From: Chrysomallon squamiferum
Taxonomy: Eukaryota; Animalia; Mollusca
Direction: 5' to 3'
DNA: 64,000 nucleotides
NCBI GenBank assembly: GCA_012295275.1
Contig: CM022672.1
Span: 8,804,001-8,868,000 of the forward strand
Shown here piece after piece: positions 63,930 to 64,000 of the stretch. Every line of letters starts with the position of its first letter. Position 1 is the stretch's first letter. The notes under the pieces were generated by a model, which worked only from the letters and a program-made list of their open reading frames with translations, searched no databases and was not told where the DNA came from. A program made the translations under genes and the position numbers.

Positions 63930-64000
63930 TAAATAAATAAATAAATAAATAAAAAAAATAAGAAGAACAAGAAAGATGCATGAATATGTGGGAAAGAAAG

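Overview
AT-rich, microsatellite-laden animal genomic DNA with spliced genes. It is probably molluscan (gastropod-like), an inference from the gene families and the lectin C-terminal module, not something proven here. Exon-by-exon reading gives eight gene models. (1, 2) A head-to-head pair of paralogues encoding RIG-I/MDA5-like tandem CARDs: the minus copy runs off the left edge, and the plus copy is a complete ~402-aa helicase-less CARD-CARD/coiled-coil protein. (3) LMAN2/VIP36-family L-type lectin (-). (4) Alpha-catenin (+, 20 coding exons). (5) TspanC8 tetraspanin (-). (6) Membrane-anchored two-domain F-type lectin (-). (7) Single-exon UDP-glucuronosyltransferase with a 1-nt frameshift (+). 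(8) The 3' part of threonine synthase-like 2 (-). There are also a Tc1 remnant, two small inverted-repeat elements, minisatellites and microsatellites. The most interesting system is the CARD pair: start codons separated by 398 bp containing three STAT-type TTCnnnGAA sites, a diverged first CARD, and a second CARD apparently homogenised by gene conversion whose few remaining differences nearly all change charge. All gene models and identity counts were made by eye, with no database search or RNA evidence.
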